A DNA stretch of 64,000 nucleotides from a bacterium (GTDB taxonomy: Bacteria; SAR324; NAC60-12). Position numbers and translations under genes: made by a program. This document shows, piece after piece, positions 21,216 to 31,378 of the stretch. Positions within the stretch are counted from its first letter, which is position 1, and each line of letters begins with the position of its first letter. The stretch lies in assembly GCA_965205865.1 (NCBI GenBank), contig CBDBHR010000024.1, positions 155,648 to 219,647 on the forward strand, given 5' to 3'. The notes below the pieces were generated by a model. The model was not told the DNA's origin. It saw only the letters and a list, made by a program, of their open reading frames with translations, and made no database searches.

Positions 21216-23279
21216 TTATAACGTAATACCGTTCTTGAAGCTTTTAACATTAATCAACTCTCGCGCTTCATTGCCGTAAACGTCAATAAAAATCGCCATG
21301 ACATTCTCACCGAGATTTTCATAAGAGAAAAATACCGTCCAACCTTCCTTGCTCAAGTCATCCGCATAAAACACCTCATCAAACTCAAAAATTCCTTTGG
21401 CAGATTCATAATCATAATCCAGCATCAGCATTGAAAGGGTTTCCCTGTTGTCGTCCATCCTCATCGCTTGAGGAATGCGGGCATTGCTCTTAAAGGTTTC
21501 AATCTTTATAAAGGCCTTGTCAATCGAATCAACTTCCTGTTTTTTCACCCCAACCGAATATTTGAGCTTGGGACGACGGTTGAAATCAAACCCGACTGCC
21601 TCCACGGTTTCATTTACCGACATTTCGTTTTCGGGCTGGCGCAACGCGGTGAAGTCCCGTCGATGCAGTTCATTGATGATTGAATACGGAATGCGCAATG
21701 CATAATAACGCACACCATCGTAGTCAATGTAATCCTGGAAAAAACCAAAGGACATGGCAGGCGCAATCAGAAACATATGCCTGCCGACCATCCTTCCAAT
21801 GTTTGAATGAAGTTCCTGAATCGTCTCCTCTGTAATCAGTTCATTTTTCACATTCTGCGGTTCATAAACCAAAACGCTTTTGCCTCTCAGTTTTCCATCC
21901 ATCCGTATGCCGCCGATTTCATGGATTTCTTCGCGGCACTGAAATAGTAGTAGTACAAAACGCCGCCAATTCTCGCGCGGCTCTTCACCCAGTTTCTCCA
22001 ATTCATAAAGTCCGGCATTGAAAAAAGCAAACGTTTTGGGCTGCAAAACCGGCCCTTTATTTCCGATCTCCTTTCGCAGATTGAGCATTCTTTTTTGGGT
22101 TGTGTAAATCGCCAGCTTACCGCAATCACAACCAATCCAACGACGCCCGATTTTTTCGGCGACAGCTATGGTAGTGCCCGAACCGAGAAAAAAGTCGGCA
22201 ATAATATCACCATTATCGGACGATGTTTTTAGGATGCGTTCAAGAAGGGCTTCGGGTTTTTGGGTGGGATAGTCGAGTGATTGGTTGTCTCCTGATGATA
22301 AATAGTTAATGTCAGTCCAATTATCTCCGAGAGGAGACCCTTGGTATTCATCTGCGTAAATTTTATATCGGGGCCGCTCTTTTCCCGTCCAATGGATAAG
22401 ATGTGGATTTAATTTGAGACGATTATTAAAAGTTTCCTGCGTCCATCTCCAACCTACAGAGGAGACCACCGTTTTGCCTTTGATTGTCCGCGGTTCACCT
22501 CTGCTACTGTCGTTAGAGGACTGTTCCAGAGCTACATGCTGATAACGTCGTCCCGTTTCTTTTTCTATGTATGGGAATTTCTGTTCTACATCACAAATTC
22601 TACTAAATTGCAGGTTGAAAGTAATTTGCTGTCGGTTCTTGGCATAGATGAATATTGTATCAGTAATAGCATCAAAACCAGATTTGGAAAGACTATGAGG
22701 AGCATATCTTTTCCATGATATATGATTCACAAAGTTCTCTTTCCCAAACACCTCGTCCATCAACACCCGGACATAAGAATTCATCCGCCAATCGAGATGC
22801 ACATAGATGCTTCCGTCATCGGAAAGCAGTTCCCGAATTAAAATCAATCTTTTCCTAAGAAACTCAAGAAACTCGCCTGCGGAAAGTTTGTCCTGATAGG
22901 CCTGCGCTCCGCCTATACCCTGCATCTCTTTTCTAGTGGAAAACGGTGGATCAATATAAACAAGCCTGATGCCGGGCGTCCCATCGGCATTGCACAAATT
23001 GCCTCTTTGCTTTTCTTCCAAAAGCGACTTCATCACCTGCAAATTATCGCCGAATACCAGTTTGTTGTGCCAGCCGTTGCCATTGTTACCGAACCGCCGC
23101 GTTTGCTGGAGTGGTACAGCCATTGTCTCCGCCAGAATTTCCTCTTCCCTCGCCTTGCCGTCATAGACAAGCTCGCACTCCCGCTTTTGATTGGGAAAGA
23201 CAACGGATGACCATTCTGATGAAAGCATCTCACCACTCTCAAGAATTTCGATGATTCTTTTCCGCTCTTCTTCTTTCAT
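21216..23279 (-). CDS. mod: Type III R-M DNA methyltransferase (beta class)
   Basis: GDNL, YIDPPF, YPTQKPEALLERI, DFFLGSGTT, plus a long C-terminal extension. Confidence 0.9.
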   Translation of the reverse strand: MKEEERKRIIEILESGEMLSSEWSSVVFPNQKRECELVYDGKAREEEILAETMAVPLQQTRRFGNNGNGWHNKLVFGDNLQVMKSLLEEKQRGNLCNADGTPGIRLVYIDPPFSTRKEMQGIGGAQAYQDKLSAGEFLEFLRKRLILIRELLSDDGSIYVHLDWRMNSYVRVLMDEVFGKENFVNHISWKRYAPHSLSKSGFDAITDTIFIYAKNRQQITFNLQFSRICDVEQKFPYIEKETGRRYQHVALEQSSNDSSRGEPRTIKGKTVVSSVGWRWTQETFNNRLKLNPHLIHWTGKERPRYKIYADEYQGSPLGDNWTDINYLSSGDNQSLDYPTQKPEALLERILKTSSDNGDIIADFFLGSGTTIAVAEKIGRRWIGCDCGKLAIYTTQKRMLNLRKEIGNKGPVLQPKTFAFFNAGLYELEKLGEEPRENWRRFVLLLFQCREEIHEIGGIRMDGKLRGKSVLVYEPQNVKNELITEETIQELHSNIGRMVGRHMFLIAPAMSFGFFQDYIDYDGVRYYALRIPYSIINELHRRDFTALRQPENEMSVNETVEAVGFDFNRRPKLKYSVGVKKQEVDSIDKAFIKIETFKSNARIPQAMRMDDNRETLSMLMLDYDYESAKGIFEFDEVFYADDLSKEGWTVFFSYENLGENVMAIFIDVYGNEARELINVKSFKNGITL

Positions 23280-24047
23280 ATCTCCACCACTCTTGACAAT
23301 CGCACCGCTCTCTCAGTTGTTCCCGGAGCAAGACATTCCAGTTCCAATTCATCTAAAAGACCTTTGTCGGCAAAACTGTAAAACTCCTCTCCACCAACAA
23401 CCAAATGATCCAACACTTTAATATTCAGGGGACGAGTCGCCGCAATCAGGTCTTTTGTCAACAACCGGTCCGACTCGCTTGGTTCCGTATCGCCGGAAGG
23501 ATGGTTATGGGCGGCAATTATAGCACTAGCGTTGACCTGCAAGGCATTTGAAACAATCTGGCGCAAAGAGATATGAACTTTTGCTGCCTCTCCTCGCGAA
23601 ATCAATATGTCACTGAGCAGTACATTGCGCCGATTCAGGTACAAAACCCGAAAATGTTCCTCTGGCAAAAATCTCAAACGATCACGCAGATACTCTCCGG
23701 CCTGTGTGGTACTTGTAATTTTCTGCCTTTGATCCCCCGACATAAGCACGCTCCTGCGCGCGATTTCCCATCGCCGCCGTCAATTGCGCAGCCTTTGCTC
23801 CCTTAAGTCCTTTGATTTCCAATAATGCCAAAGTAGGTGCTTCCACCATTGCTCTCAATGAACCGAATTTTTATAATATCTGCCGTGCCAACTCTACCGC
23901 GCTTGACCCGCGTACCCCAACCCTCAAAAGGATTGCCACCAGTTCAGCATCCGTGAGCGCTTCCGCCCCGTGTTTGAGCAAACGTTCCCGAGGACGCTCT
24001 TCTTCGGGCCAGGAAGAAATTCCCTTTTTTGTTTTTGAATCAGCCAT
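23276..24047 (-). pseudogene. radC: RadC/JAB-domain protein with a nonsense codon and a frameshift
   Basis: [29 protein letters not shown] from ATG 24047. In-frame TAA at 23871-23873 and a +1 frameshift near 23766. The JAB motif HNHPSGDTEPSESD...LDH is intact. Confidence 0.88.
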
Positions 24048-24253
24048 AACACGTTTTGATTTCTCTCAATAACATCATCAGTACCGGATACTTATTGACG
24101 GATATCGTTTGTTCTCATTTTTAAAAGAAGAAGACAATGATCAGACAAATTGGGAATGTCCTAAAATCAGTTGAAAATTGAAAGATGACCTCACATTCGT
24201 TATGTTGTGGTTTCATTTACCACACAAAACCCAACCGAACGAACGGAGGTCGT

Positions 24254-24484
24254 ATGAAAAAGGTAAGCAAAACCCGAGAAAGAAGCAACGCGAAAGATCA
24301 AGTGGAGGCGTATAAAGAATTAGAGCAGGGCGATTTTGAGTTTACCACCCGCTTAACGTTGATTCAACAGTTGATTCCTTTAGGACTGATGGCAGTAGAG
24401 GAAATACTGCAAGAAGAAGTGACTCACATAGCCGGGGAACCTTACAGCCTCGGAAGGAGCCGGCAACGCTGGGGTAGCAATCCT
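24254..24484 (+). pseudogene. IS256 transposase N-terminal fragment
   Basis: LIQQLIPLGLMAVEEILQEEV..RWGSNP, homologous to the minus-strand copy. Confidence 0.85.
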
Positions 24485-25664
24485 TTGATTTTCCTCAAAC
24501 TAGGTTCAATTTCTAGTAAGGCTGTTGCAATCCAGCGTTGTCGCTGATTGGAGTTTTCCAATAACTCACTCGATGGGTATATTGCCCTAACTGACTGTTG
24601 AGTGATTCGATACAATTGGTGGTTTTCAAACTAATGCCTAACTGCTTGAAAACTCTCAGACGATGTAGAGTGATTGTTTCTTCAAAGCCTTCATCAAGGC
24701 TGTTGATGGCGGATTGATTGATCAAACTCAGTTCTTTTCGGATGGAATTCAATGCCATTTTCGCCTGCTTATAACTCTTTTTCTGATAGGCTTTCCGGAG
24801 TTTTTTGCGAAATATGCCTTGTTGAGATTTGGGTAAATAAGCGATGACGTTTTCACGCTTGTGCCACTGACATCGCTCTACGAGAGCTTGTCTACCAAAT
24901 ACTTTCTGAATCCCTTTTCTCAGTCCTTTGGCCCCATCAATAATAAAGAGAAGTTTATTTTCATCCCTCAATCCCCTTTCTTTGAGATTTTGGAGAAATT
25001 CTCGACAAACCCGATGATTCTCTGTGTGGGATTCGATCATCCCTAAAATAACTTTTTCTCCTTGCAAAGTCACTCCCAAGGCAATAATCATCTCGTTTTG
25101 GGCAAAATTTTTTCCATCCATGAAAATGGCAATGATATCTTGATCATTGAGATCACGCTCATTCAATTCCTTCAGTTTCTGAGCAGAGGCTTTGATGAAC
25201 TTTTGAGAAATACTATTTTTGCTGATACCAAAGGTTTCCAGAATTTTCTCCACCGCCTTTTCATATTTTCTCGAACTGATTCCATTGAGCACTTGAGCAA
25301 ATACCCGCTCATCGACGATTTGAGGAGATTGAAGTTGTCGAAAAGCTTCCAAGCCAACTTCCTCATTTTCTTCGGTATCTCGAAGGCGGGGAACTCGAAT
25401 CGAGAGTTTTTGATTACCTAAAAAGACAGATCCAGGGTTCGATCCCCAACGTTTGAGGCTGCATTCTCGACTGTATCGTTGACCAGCCAACTCGGTCACT
25501 TCCGACTGCAGTGCCTCTTCTACGGCCAGAAGACCAATTGGGATTAACTGTTGAATCAGTAACAACCGGCTGTTCACATCATATTCTCTTTCTACCAATT
25601 CCCGATAGGATGCCACTCTTGCTTTCGTATTGATTTTTGATTCGGTTTTGTTTACTTTCTTCAT
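24480..25664 (-). pseudogene. IS256 family transposase, frameshifted and truncated at the C-terminus
   Basis: RVPRLRD, FMDG, IIDGAKGL, RCQWHK, TTNCIES. There is a frameshift near 24555; the other frame reads NQRQRWIATALLEIEPSLRKIKG. Confidence 0.88.
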
Positions 25665-26065
25665 GAGACCTCCATGGTGGTTCAGTTATGATTTTTGCGA
25701 TAAATTTGACTTTACCGCAATGGAGGTCATGTTTCAAATTTCAACTAATTGTAGGACATCTTCTGACACACTTGTGGTGAAGCGTATTCATGGAAACCGC
25801 TGAATGCAAAAAATATACACGTAACCTTCATGTAAATTATTTTCACCCCGGAGGATGAATAAAAATAACAAACCATATAGTTTCAGTAGGTTAGATAGTT
25901 TTCTTCACGGTAACATGACTCAATAAATAAGCCACTGTTCGAAAACAAAAATTCAAACGCAGATAGAAAAACATTCAATTGGTCCGAATAGACATTGCCT
26001 TATAGAAATAAAACCGATATTAGTGGGACTCACTACCTTGGCACTTTTTGATTTTCAGAAAATTC

Positions 26066-27037
26066 ATGAATCTCAATACTATTCTTGACAGTGTTGCAGA
26101 AGAACTATGCCACGTCGAAAAGGCGATTTTACACTATGTGCAAACCGATATTCCACTGCTTACCAACGTTGCTCAATATATTCTCAGTGCAGGAGGAAAA
26201 CGGTTGCGCCCGGCCTTGGTTTTGCTCAGTGCAAAGTTATTCAACTATAATGGTCATCAAACCATTCAGGCGGCACAAGTTGTAGAATACCTTCACACAG
26301 CAACACTCCTGCATGACGATGTGGTAGACAGTGCCGATACACGTCGTTCTCAAAAGGCAGTTCGCAGCATTTGGGGCAATGAAGCCAGTGTTTTGGTGGG
26401 GGACTATTTGTTTTCCATGGTGTTTCGCATGCTCACAGAATTGCGAAACCTGGAAATTTTGGACGTCATGTCACATACTACTACTCTGATGGCCAAAGGA
26501 GAACTTCTCCAATTGACACGCTCTTACGATTCAATGAACGAAGAAGAATACTTAGAGATCATCTTCAACAAAACTGCCTGCTTATTTGCCTCAGCCTTGA
26601 AAATGGGAGCCTCTCTGGCTCAAGCGCCTAATCGAGCCAAGCAACAGCTCTATGATTATGGAATGGCCATCGGTTTCGCATTTCAGATAATCGATGATAC
26701 GCTGGATTATATAGAAGAACAGACAAAAACAGGCAAAGCAATAGGCATTGATTTGAAGGAACGTAAAATGACACTCCCACTCATTCACTTGCTAAAACTG
26801 GCCTCCTCCCCTGACAAAGCCCGGTTAACTAATATCCTTCACGGAGAAGTTATCACCAATGCGCATGTCCAAGAAGTCATGCAAATGATGAAACATTATG
26901 GTTCCGCCGCATATTCCATTCAAGTTGCGCAAAACTATGCCAGCAAGGCCGAATCTAGCCTAGATGTTTTGCCACCTTCTCCAATCAAACAGATGCTGAC
27001 TGATATCGCCCATTTTATTATAGTACGTCATTCTTAA
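26066..27037 (+). CDS. ispB: Polyprenyl (octaprenyl-like) diphosphate synthase
   Basis: GGKRLRP, LHDDVVD, FQIIDDTLD. Confidence 0.88.
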   Translation: MNLNTILDSVAEELCHVEKAILHYVQTDIPLLTNVAQYILSAGGKRLRPALVLLSAKLFNYNGHQTIQAAQVVEYLHTATLLHDDVVDSADTRRSQKAVRSIWGNEASVLVGDYLFSMVFRMLTELRNLEILDVMSHTTTLMAKGELLQLTRSYDSMNEEEYLEIIFNKTACLFASALKMGASLAQAPNRAKQQLYDYGMAIGFAFQIIDDTLDYIEEQTKTGKAIGIDLKERKMTLPLIHLLKLASSPDKARLTNILHGEVITNAHVQEVMQMMKHYGSAAYSIQVAQNYASKAESSLDVLPPSPIKQMLTDIAHFIIVRHS

Positions 27038-27354
27038 AGCAAGTTTTCCTGGCACAATCGCCTTTCCTAACTTGCGAATCCAGCCCGTTTTGAATCACTT
27101 CGACTCATCAATCTCGGCAAAAACACAAAAACTTCCACGCTTAATTGGATTGATGGGAAATGGGACGGTATTTGGTGGGATATGATGGTAATTTGGGATG
27201 AACGGCTTAGAGTGCTATGTCCTTGTCCGGATTAGCGATCAATTGAAATGAATGTCACCATAGGTAGAGGGTCTCGGCCTTGGTCCGGGTTTCCGGTTCT
27301 CAACCGGACATGTTTCCCGAATGAGAGGCAAGAATCCTTCCGGACGTCATCGTG

Positions 27355-27714
27355 TTATGCAGCCAGCTTTGCTTTTACCTCTTCTACAATGGAATCAAAA
27401 GCGTCCGATTCTTCCATTGCCAAGTGAGCAAGAGCTTTTCGGTCCAGGTCGATATCGGCTAGTTGAAGGCCATGAATGAATTGACTGTAACTAAGACCAT
27501 GAGCTCGAACGGCAGCATTGATTCGCACAATCCACAGTCTGCGAAAATCACGTTTTCTGACACGGCGGTCCCGATAACTATACTGTCGGGCGCGATCCAC
27601 GGCATTTTTCACGGTACGCCATAAACGACTCCGCGCACCGCGAAAGCCTTTAGCTGCTTTAAAATAATTTTTTTTTCTTTTTCGAGCCTGTATAGCTCTT
27701 TTTATCCGGGCCAT
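27355..27714 (-). CDS. rplT: 50S ribosomal protein L20
   Basis: [30 protein letters not shown]. Confidence 0.98.
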   Translation of the reverse strand: MARIKRAIQARKRKKNYFKAAKGFRGARSRLWRTVKNAVDRARQYSYRDRRVRKRDFRRLWIVRINAAVRAHGLSYSQFIHGLQLADIDLDRKALAHLAMEESDAFDSIVEEVKAKLAA

Positions 27715-27731
27715 AGTTATTCCTTAGCTTT

Positions 27732-27935
27732 TTATCCGTTTGGCAACAATTTTCTCACCGTAGGAACCTCTGTTGCCGTGACATAGGTCTTGCTCCTTAA
27801 CGTGCGCTTAACTTTTGGTGGCTTCTTGCGCATCCCGTGTCGTAAATACGCCCTTTTGCGTTTGATCTTACCACTGCTTTTTATCTTGAAACGCTTGGCT
27901 GCGCCACGATTTGTCTTCGTTTTTACTTTTACCAT
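27732..27935 (-). CDS. rpmI: 50S ribosomal protein L35
   Basis: KTKTNRGAAKRFK, located between infC and rplT. Confidence 0.97.
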   Translation of the reverse strand: MVKVKTKTNRGAAKRFKIKSSGKIKRKRAYLRHGMRKKPPKVKRTLRSKTYVTATEVPTVRKLLPNG

Positions 27936-27941
27936 GATTTT

Positions 27942-28508
27942 TTACTTCTTTGTCTGCTTCAACTTGCTGGGTGCCAATATCAGAGAAATACTGCGACCTT
28001 CCTCTTTCAACGGCTGTTCCACCACGCCCTTTTCTCCAATGCATTCGCTAAACTTTTCCAACAATGCAATGCCAATGTCCCGATGCGTCATTTCACGTCC
28101 CCGAAATATCACGATTACTTTGACCTTATTGCCTTCTTCTAAAAATCGCCAAGCATTGTTCAATTTAAAATCAAGATCATGTTTCTCCGTCTTGGGCCTC
28201 AACTTGATTTCTTTGAGATGAACGATTTTTTGATTCTTCTTTGCTTCGTGCTGTTTTTTGTTGCGCTGATACTTGTACTTGCCATAGTCCATCAAGCGGC
28301 AAACCGGAGGTGTGGCGTTTGGGGAAACCTCAATCAAATCCAACCCTTGCTTTTCCGCTATCTCCAAGGCTTCTTCTGTTATAAGGATCCCAATTTGCAT
28401 ACCTTCTGCACTGATGACCCGAACTTCGGGAGCAGCAATTTTTTCGTTGATACGAGCTTTTTCCTCAACTGTAGATTGCCGTTTTCTCTGATTTGCTATT
28501 GTCCTCAC
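27942..28508 (-). CDS. infC: Translation initiation factor IF-3
   Basis: RINEKI, PPVCRLMDYGKYKY, FRGRE. The exact start is uncertain. Confidence 0.97.
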   Translation of the reverse strand: MRTIANQRKRQSTVEEKARINEKIAAPEVRVISAEGMQIGILITEEALEIAEKQGLDLIEVSPNATPPVCRLMDYGKYKYQRNKKQHEAKKNQKIVHLKEIKLRPKTEKHDLDFKLNNAWRFLEEGNKVKVIVIFRGREMTHRDIGIALLEKFSECIGEKGVVEQPLKEEGRSISLILAPSKLKQTKK

Positions 28509-28567
28509 CTCTTCAGGTTAAAATGCGCTTCGGGATCAATCCCCTTGAAAATTAATGACAAAAAGGA

Positions 28568-28642
<75 letters not shown>

Positions 28643-28799
28643 CTCATTTGAAAAAATATTCGGACTATGTCCGACTCTGTCACATTGATGTTCCTGGCAG
28701 TACTATAAGCAATGACTTCACTCCTATTTCAAGGGAGAAAAAATTCTCTTTTGCCACAAGCACCATAAAACAATTCACTCACCATCGCAAATGCGATGT

Positions 28800-28875
<76 letters not shown>

Positions 28876-28926
28876 AGGAATTCCTATTTTTTCAACATTG
28901 CAAATTTCGTTCTCAAAGGGTCAAAT

Positions 28927-29003
<77 letters not shown>

Positions 29004-29180
29004 TTTCCTCAAGTATCCGACTCATTTTTCTGAGCAAAGGAGCCATTCAAGAAAGAGGCGAAACAAACTGAAAACGCCGACCGTGTCTCTTGGAAGGACT
29101 CCAGAAGAAATCCTGCAACTCCCTACCTTCAGATCGCAAGTCTTATGCGGCTCCGCTGTAGCCAGACCTTAAAAACGAAT

Positions 29181-29209
29181 AACATATCCGGACTCTTTTG
29201 ATTTGTCAA
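29181..29209 (-). promoter_or_regulatory. Sigma70 promoter upstream of tRNA-Ile/Ala
   Basis: TTGACA-17 nt-TATGTT. Confidence 0.7.
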
Positions 29210-29429
29210 GACGCTTTGCATTAAATTCTAGTCTTAGGGGGTAAAAAAGCACCGACAATTTGAGCAGACATATGATATCAAATGTGTCATTAAAAAAAAT
29301 GGCGAAATAGAGGTGTTCCGTTTTTCCGGATTTTCCGGAAAACGCTTATGGTAGGTTTCAGATATAACTGGTTTTATTTTAGAAATCCACTGTAAATCTA
29401 CCATAGAAAATTAGAGAATCAAAGTATGA

Positions 29430-29506
29430 TGGCGCGCCTGGGAGGATTCGAACCTCCGCCCTTTAGATTCGAAGTCTACTGCTCTATCCAACTGAGCTAC
29501 AGGCGC
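29430..29506 (-). tRNA. tRNA-Arg(TCG)
   Basis: GCGCCTGTAGCTCAG...CTTCGAA...GTTCGAATCC...CCA. Confidence 0.94.
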
Positions 29507-29520
29507 CTGGCAAAGCAAGA

Positions 29521-29596
29521 TGGGCGAGCGAAGGGACTTGAACCCTCGGCCACTGGAATCACAATCCAGCGCTCTACCAACTGAGCTACGCTCGCC
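29521..29596 (-). tRNA. tRNA-His(GTG)
   Basis: GGCGAGCGTAGCTCAG...TTGTGAT...GTTCAAGTCC. Confidence 0.94.
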
Positions 29597-29819
29597 ATTG
29601 GAAGCGATGAATCATTTATCTTAGGGGTTTTTTCAATAATTTACAATACAAGTTTTAATTTGTTTCCCAGAGGAAAAACCTGACCCTGTACAAGCCTCCT
29701 TTTCTCGTTATAGTCACAATTATGGATTTTATACTAAACCTCGGATTGCTTGAAAAGCAGTTGGGGGAATTCAGCCGTTAGGTAAGAGAATGGAGGCTGG
29801 GACAGGATGGTTTATGGAA

Positions 29820-31061
29820 TCAAATGGAAGCCAATTGTAAATATGAGGACAAGCGTTTGGCACCACATTTCGTAGAAGCGCCATATTTGTTTTTGAAATA
29901 GGCATAAGACATCTCGGAGACCCTCCGATGGAGTTGACTTTGCCGTCTGGCCCAGGTTTGACCATTACCCCGGATGGAACGATAGTTGGGACGGTCGATA
30001 ATACTGATAATCGAGTAAGGTCGGCGTCCTTCAGGAGTTTTGATTTCAATGATGCCCACATTGGCATTCAACCCCCTCACAAATCCTGTCTTGTCCCAGA
30101 TTTTAGCATCATGATCTCCGGCGAAGCAAGTGCCGTCTTTGAGTCGGTCTTTTACTCCATGACGGCTGGAAAGTCCGAGGAGATACAGCATTTCATCGGA
30201 TGCTTTTTCGTTCAATTTTGCGGAAAATTCAGCTCCCAGCACTTGGCGGTTCCACAAACGAATAAATAGGCGATTCAAATCTTCAGCAGAAATTTTATTC
30301 AAATAGGTTTTGCCTCCCTTTGGTATGTACTCCACCAGTTTCAAGTGGCGGTACAAGCCTGTATCCTCGAGAATTTTTTTTGCGCCCCAAGGACCTCCCA
30401 ACAATTTCAAGATACGATTGGTACTTGGATTATCGCTAAACCGAATCATCCGTATCAAATTCAATTGTTTTTTCTTGGAATGCTCGATGTTGCCGCGGAA
30501 GCGATGTATCATATAGGCTTGCAGGATGAGTACTTTGATCAGACTGGCGGCTTTCACCTGGGTGGTCGGGTTGATGGAGGCAACCATTTTGTCCGTGTGT
30601 AAGTCTTTGATGATCAAAGAAAAATTGTCTTCCACATACATCTGCCCATTGCGTTTTACATCAACGATGAATTGCTCGATGGCGGTTTCCAATGCGGAGG
30701 TGTCGAAGTCTTCTGCCCCATTCTCTCGCGACAGCTGAGATGGAATATGCCGGATCTTGCGGATAAATTTTTTTACAACCCAACCCAAGGCTCCATCTCC
30801 GTCTTTTACCAGAGCCCACCCTCGTTTCGTGACATGACGAAGGCTGAGGAGAGTACCGCGGTTCAGAACTTTGATAACTTGGTGTTTTTTGCCGGGTCCC
30901 ACCCGCATGTTCAAAAGATTTACCTCAACTATATGGCGTTGTTTTTCCAGTCCGGCCGTATTCTGGTTCGCCCATGTGTGATTCGTAAAAACGAGTAGTA
31001 AAGTGCAAAAAATTGTCAAGCGCTGTAAGAGCCTGAAACGATAATTTGAAAAATTCATCAT
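29820..31061 (-). CDS. Secreted SH3b-domain serine hydrolase, class A beta-lactamase-like fold
   Basis: Signal peptide, LNMRVGPG (SH3b), ASLIK (SxxK), SDN, KTG. Confidence 0.8.
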   Translation of the reverse strand: MMNFSNYRFRLLQRLTIFCTLLLVFTNHTWANQNTAGLEKQRHIVEVNLLNMRVGPGKKHQVIKVLNRGTLLSLRHVTKRGWALVKDGDGALGWVVKKFIRKIRHIPSQLSRENGAEDFDTSALETAIEQFIVDVKRNGQMYVEDNFSLIIKDLHTDKMVASINPTTQVKAASLIKVLILQAYMIHRFRGNIEHSKKKQLNLIRMIRFSDNPSTNRILKLLGGPWGAKKILEDTGLYRHLKLVEYIPKGGKTYLNKISAEDLNRLFIRLWNRQVLGAEFSAKLNEKASDEMLYLLGLSSRHGVKDRLKDGTCFAGDHDAKIWDKTGFVRGLNANVGIIEIKTPEGRRPYSIISIIDRPNYRSIRGNGQTWARRQSQLHRRVSEMSYAYFKNKYGASTKCGAKRLSSYLQLASI

Positions 31062-31378
31062 CTTGATCTCGTGATTGAAGAGAGGCTGTTAACAAATTCG
31101 AATTGAAATGCGCCAATGATACATTTGAAATTTTTTCAGTTAAAAAAATGAAGGAACTTGCTATTTTCAAGAGCAAGATATGTGCCGCACAAAAAATTTG
31201 TTTGTAGTAAATCATGATGTTATAGTTTCGGCAATAATTCTAATTTCAACGCACTTCCTTGCAGAAAGTTCCCTGACGTATTCCAGCGTGTAAATAAAAA
31301 TATTCGGGGTCGTTGCGCAACTATTGAATTTTTGTCAACAGTATAAAAAATGGACCCTGCTTACAGGAGAAGGTCAAG

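Larger units (their letters stand above)
24152..25763. mobile_element. Chimeric IS256-family element made of two convergent paralogous copies
   Basis: The ends GGAATGTCCTAAAATCAGTTGAAA and (reverse complement) GAAGATGTCCTACAATTAGTTGAAA are inverted. Transposase starts MKKVSKT (24254, +) and MKKVNKT (25664, -) meet near 24482. Confidence 0.85.

Noticed and set aside
13589-23873. In-frame stops as evidence of stop-codon recoding
   Set aside because: The stops are of mixed types, accompany frameshifts, and are confined to accessory genes. Core genes use the standard code.
11900-25763. Island as an intact prophage or ICE
   Set aside because: No integrase, structural, replication or conjugation genes, and no att repeats were found.
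27325-27350. GTCCGGAAGGA (minus strand) as SRP RNA
   Set aside because: It lacks the flanking CAGG and AGCAG of SRP domain IV.
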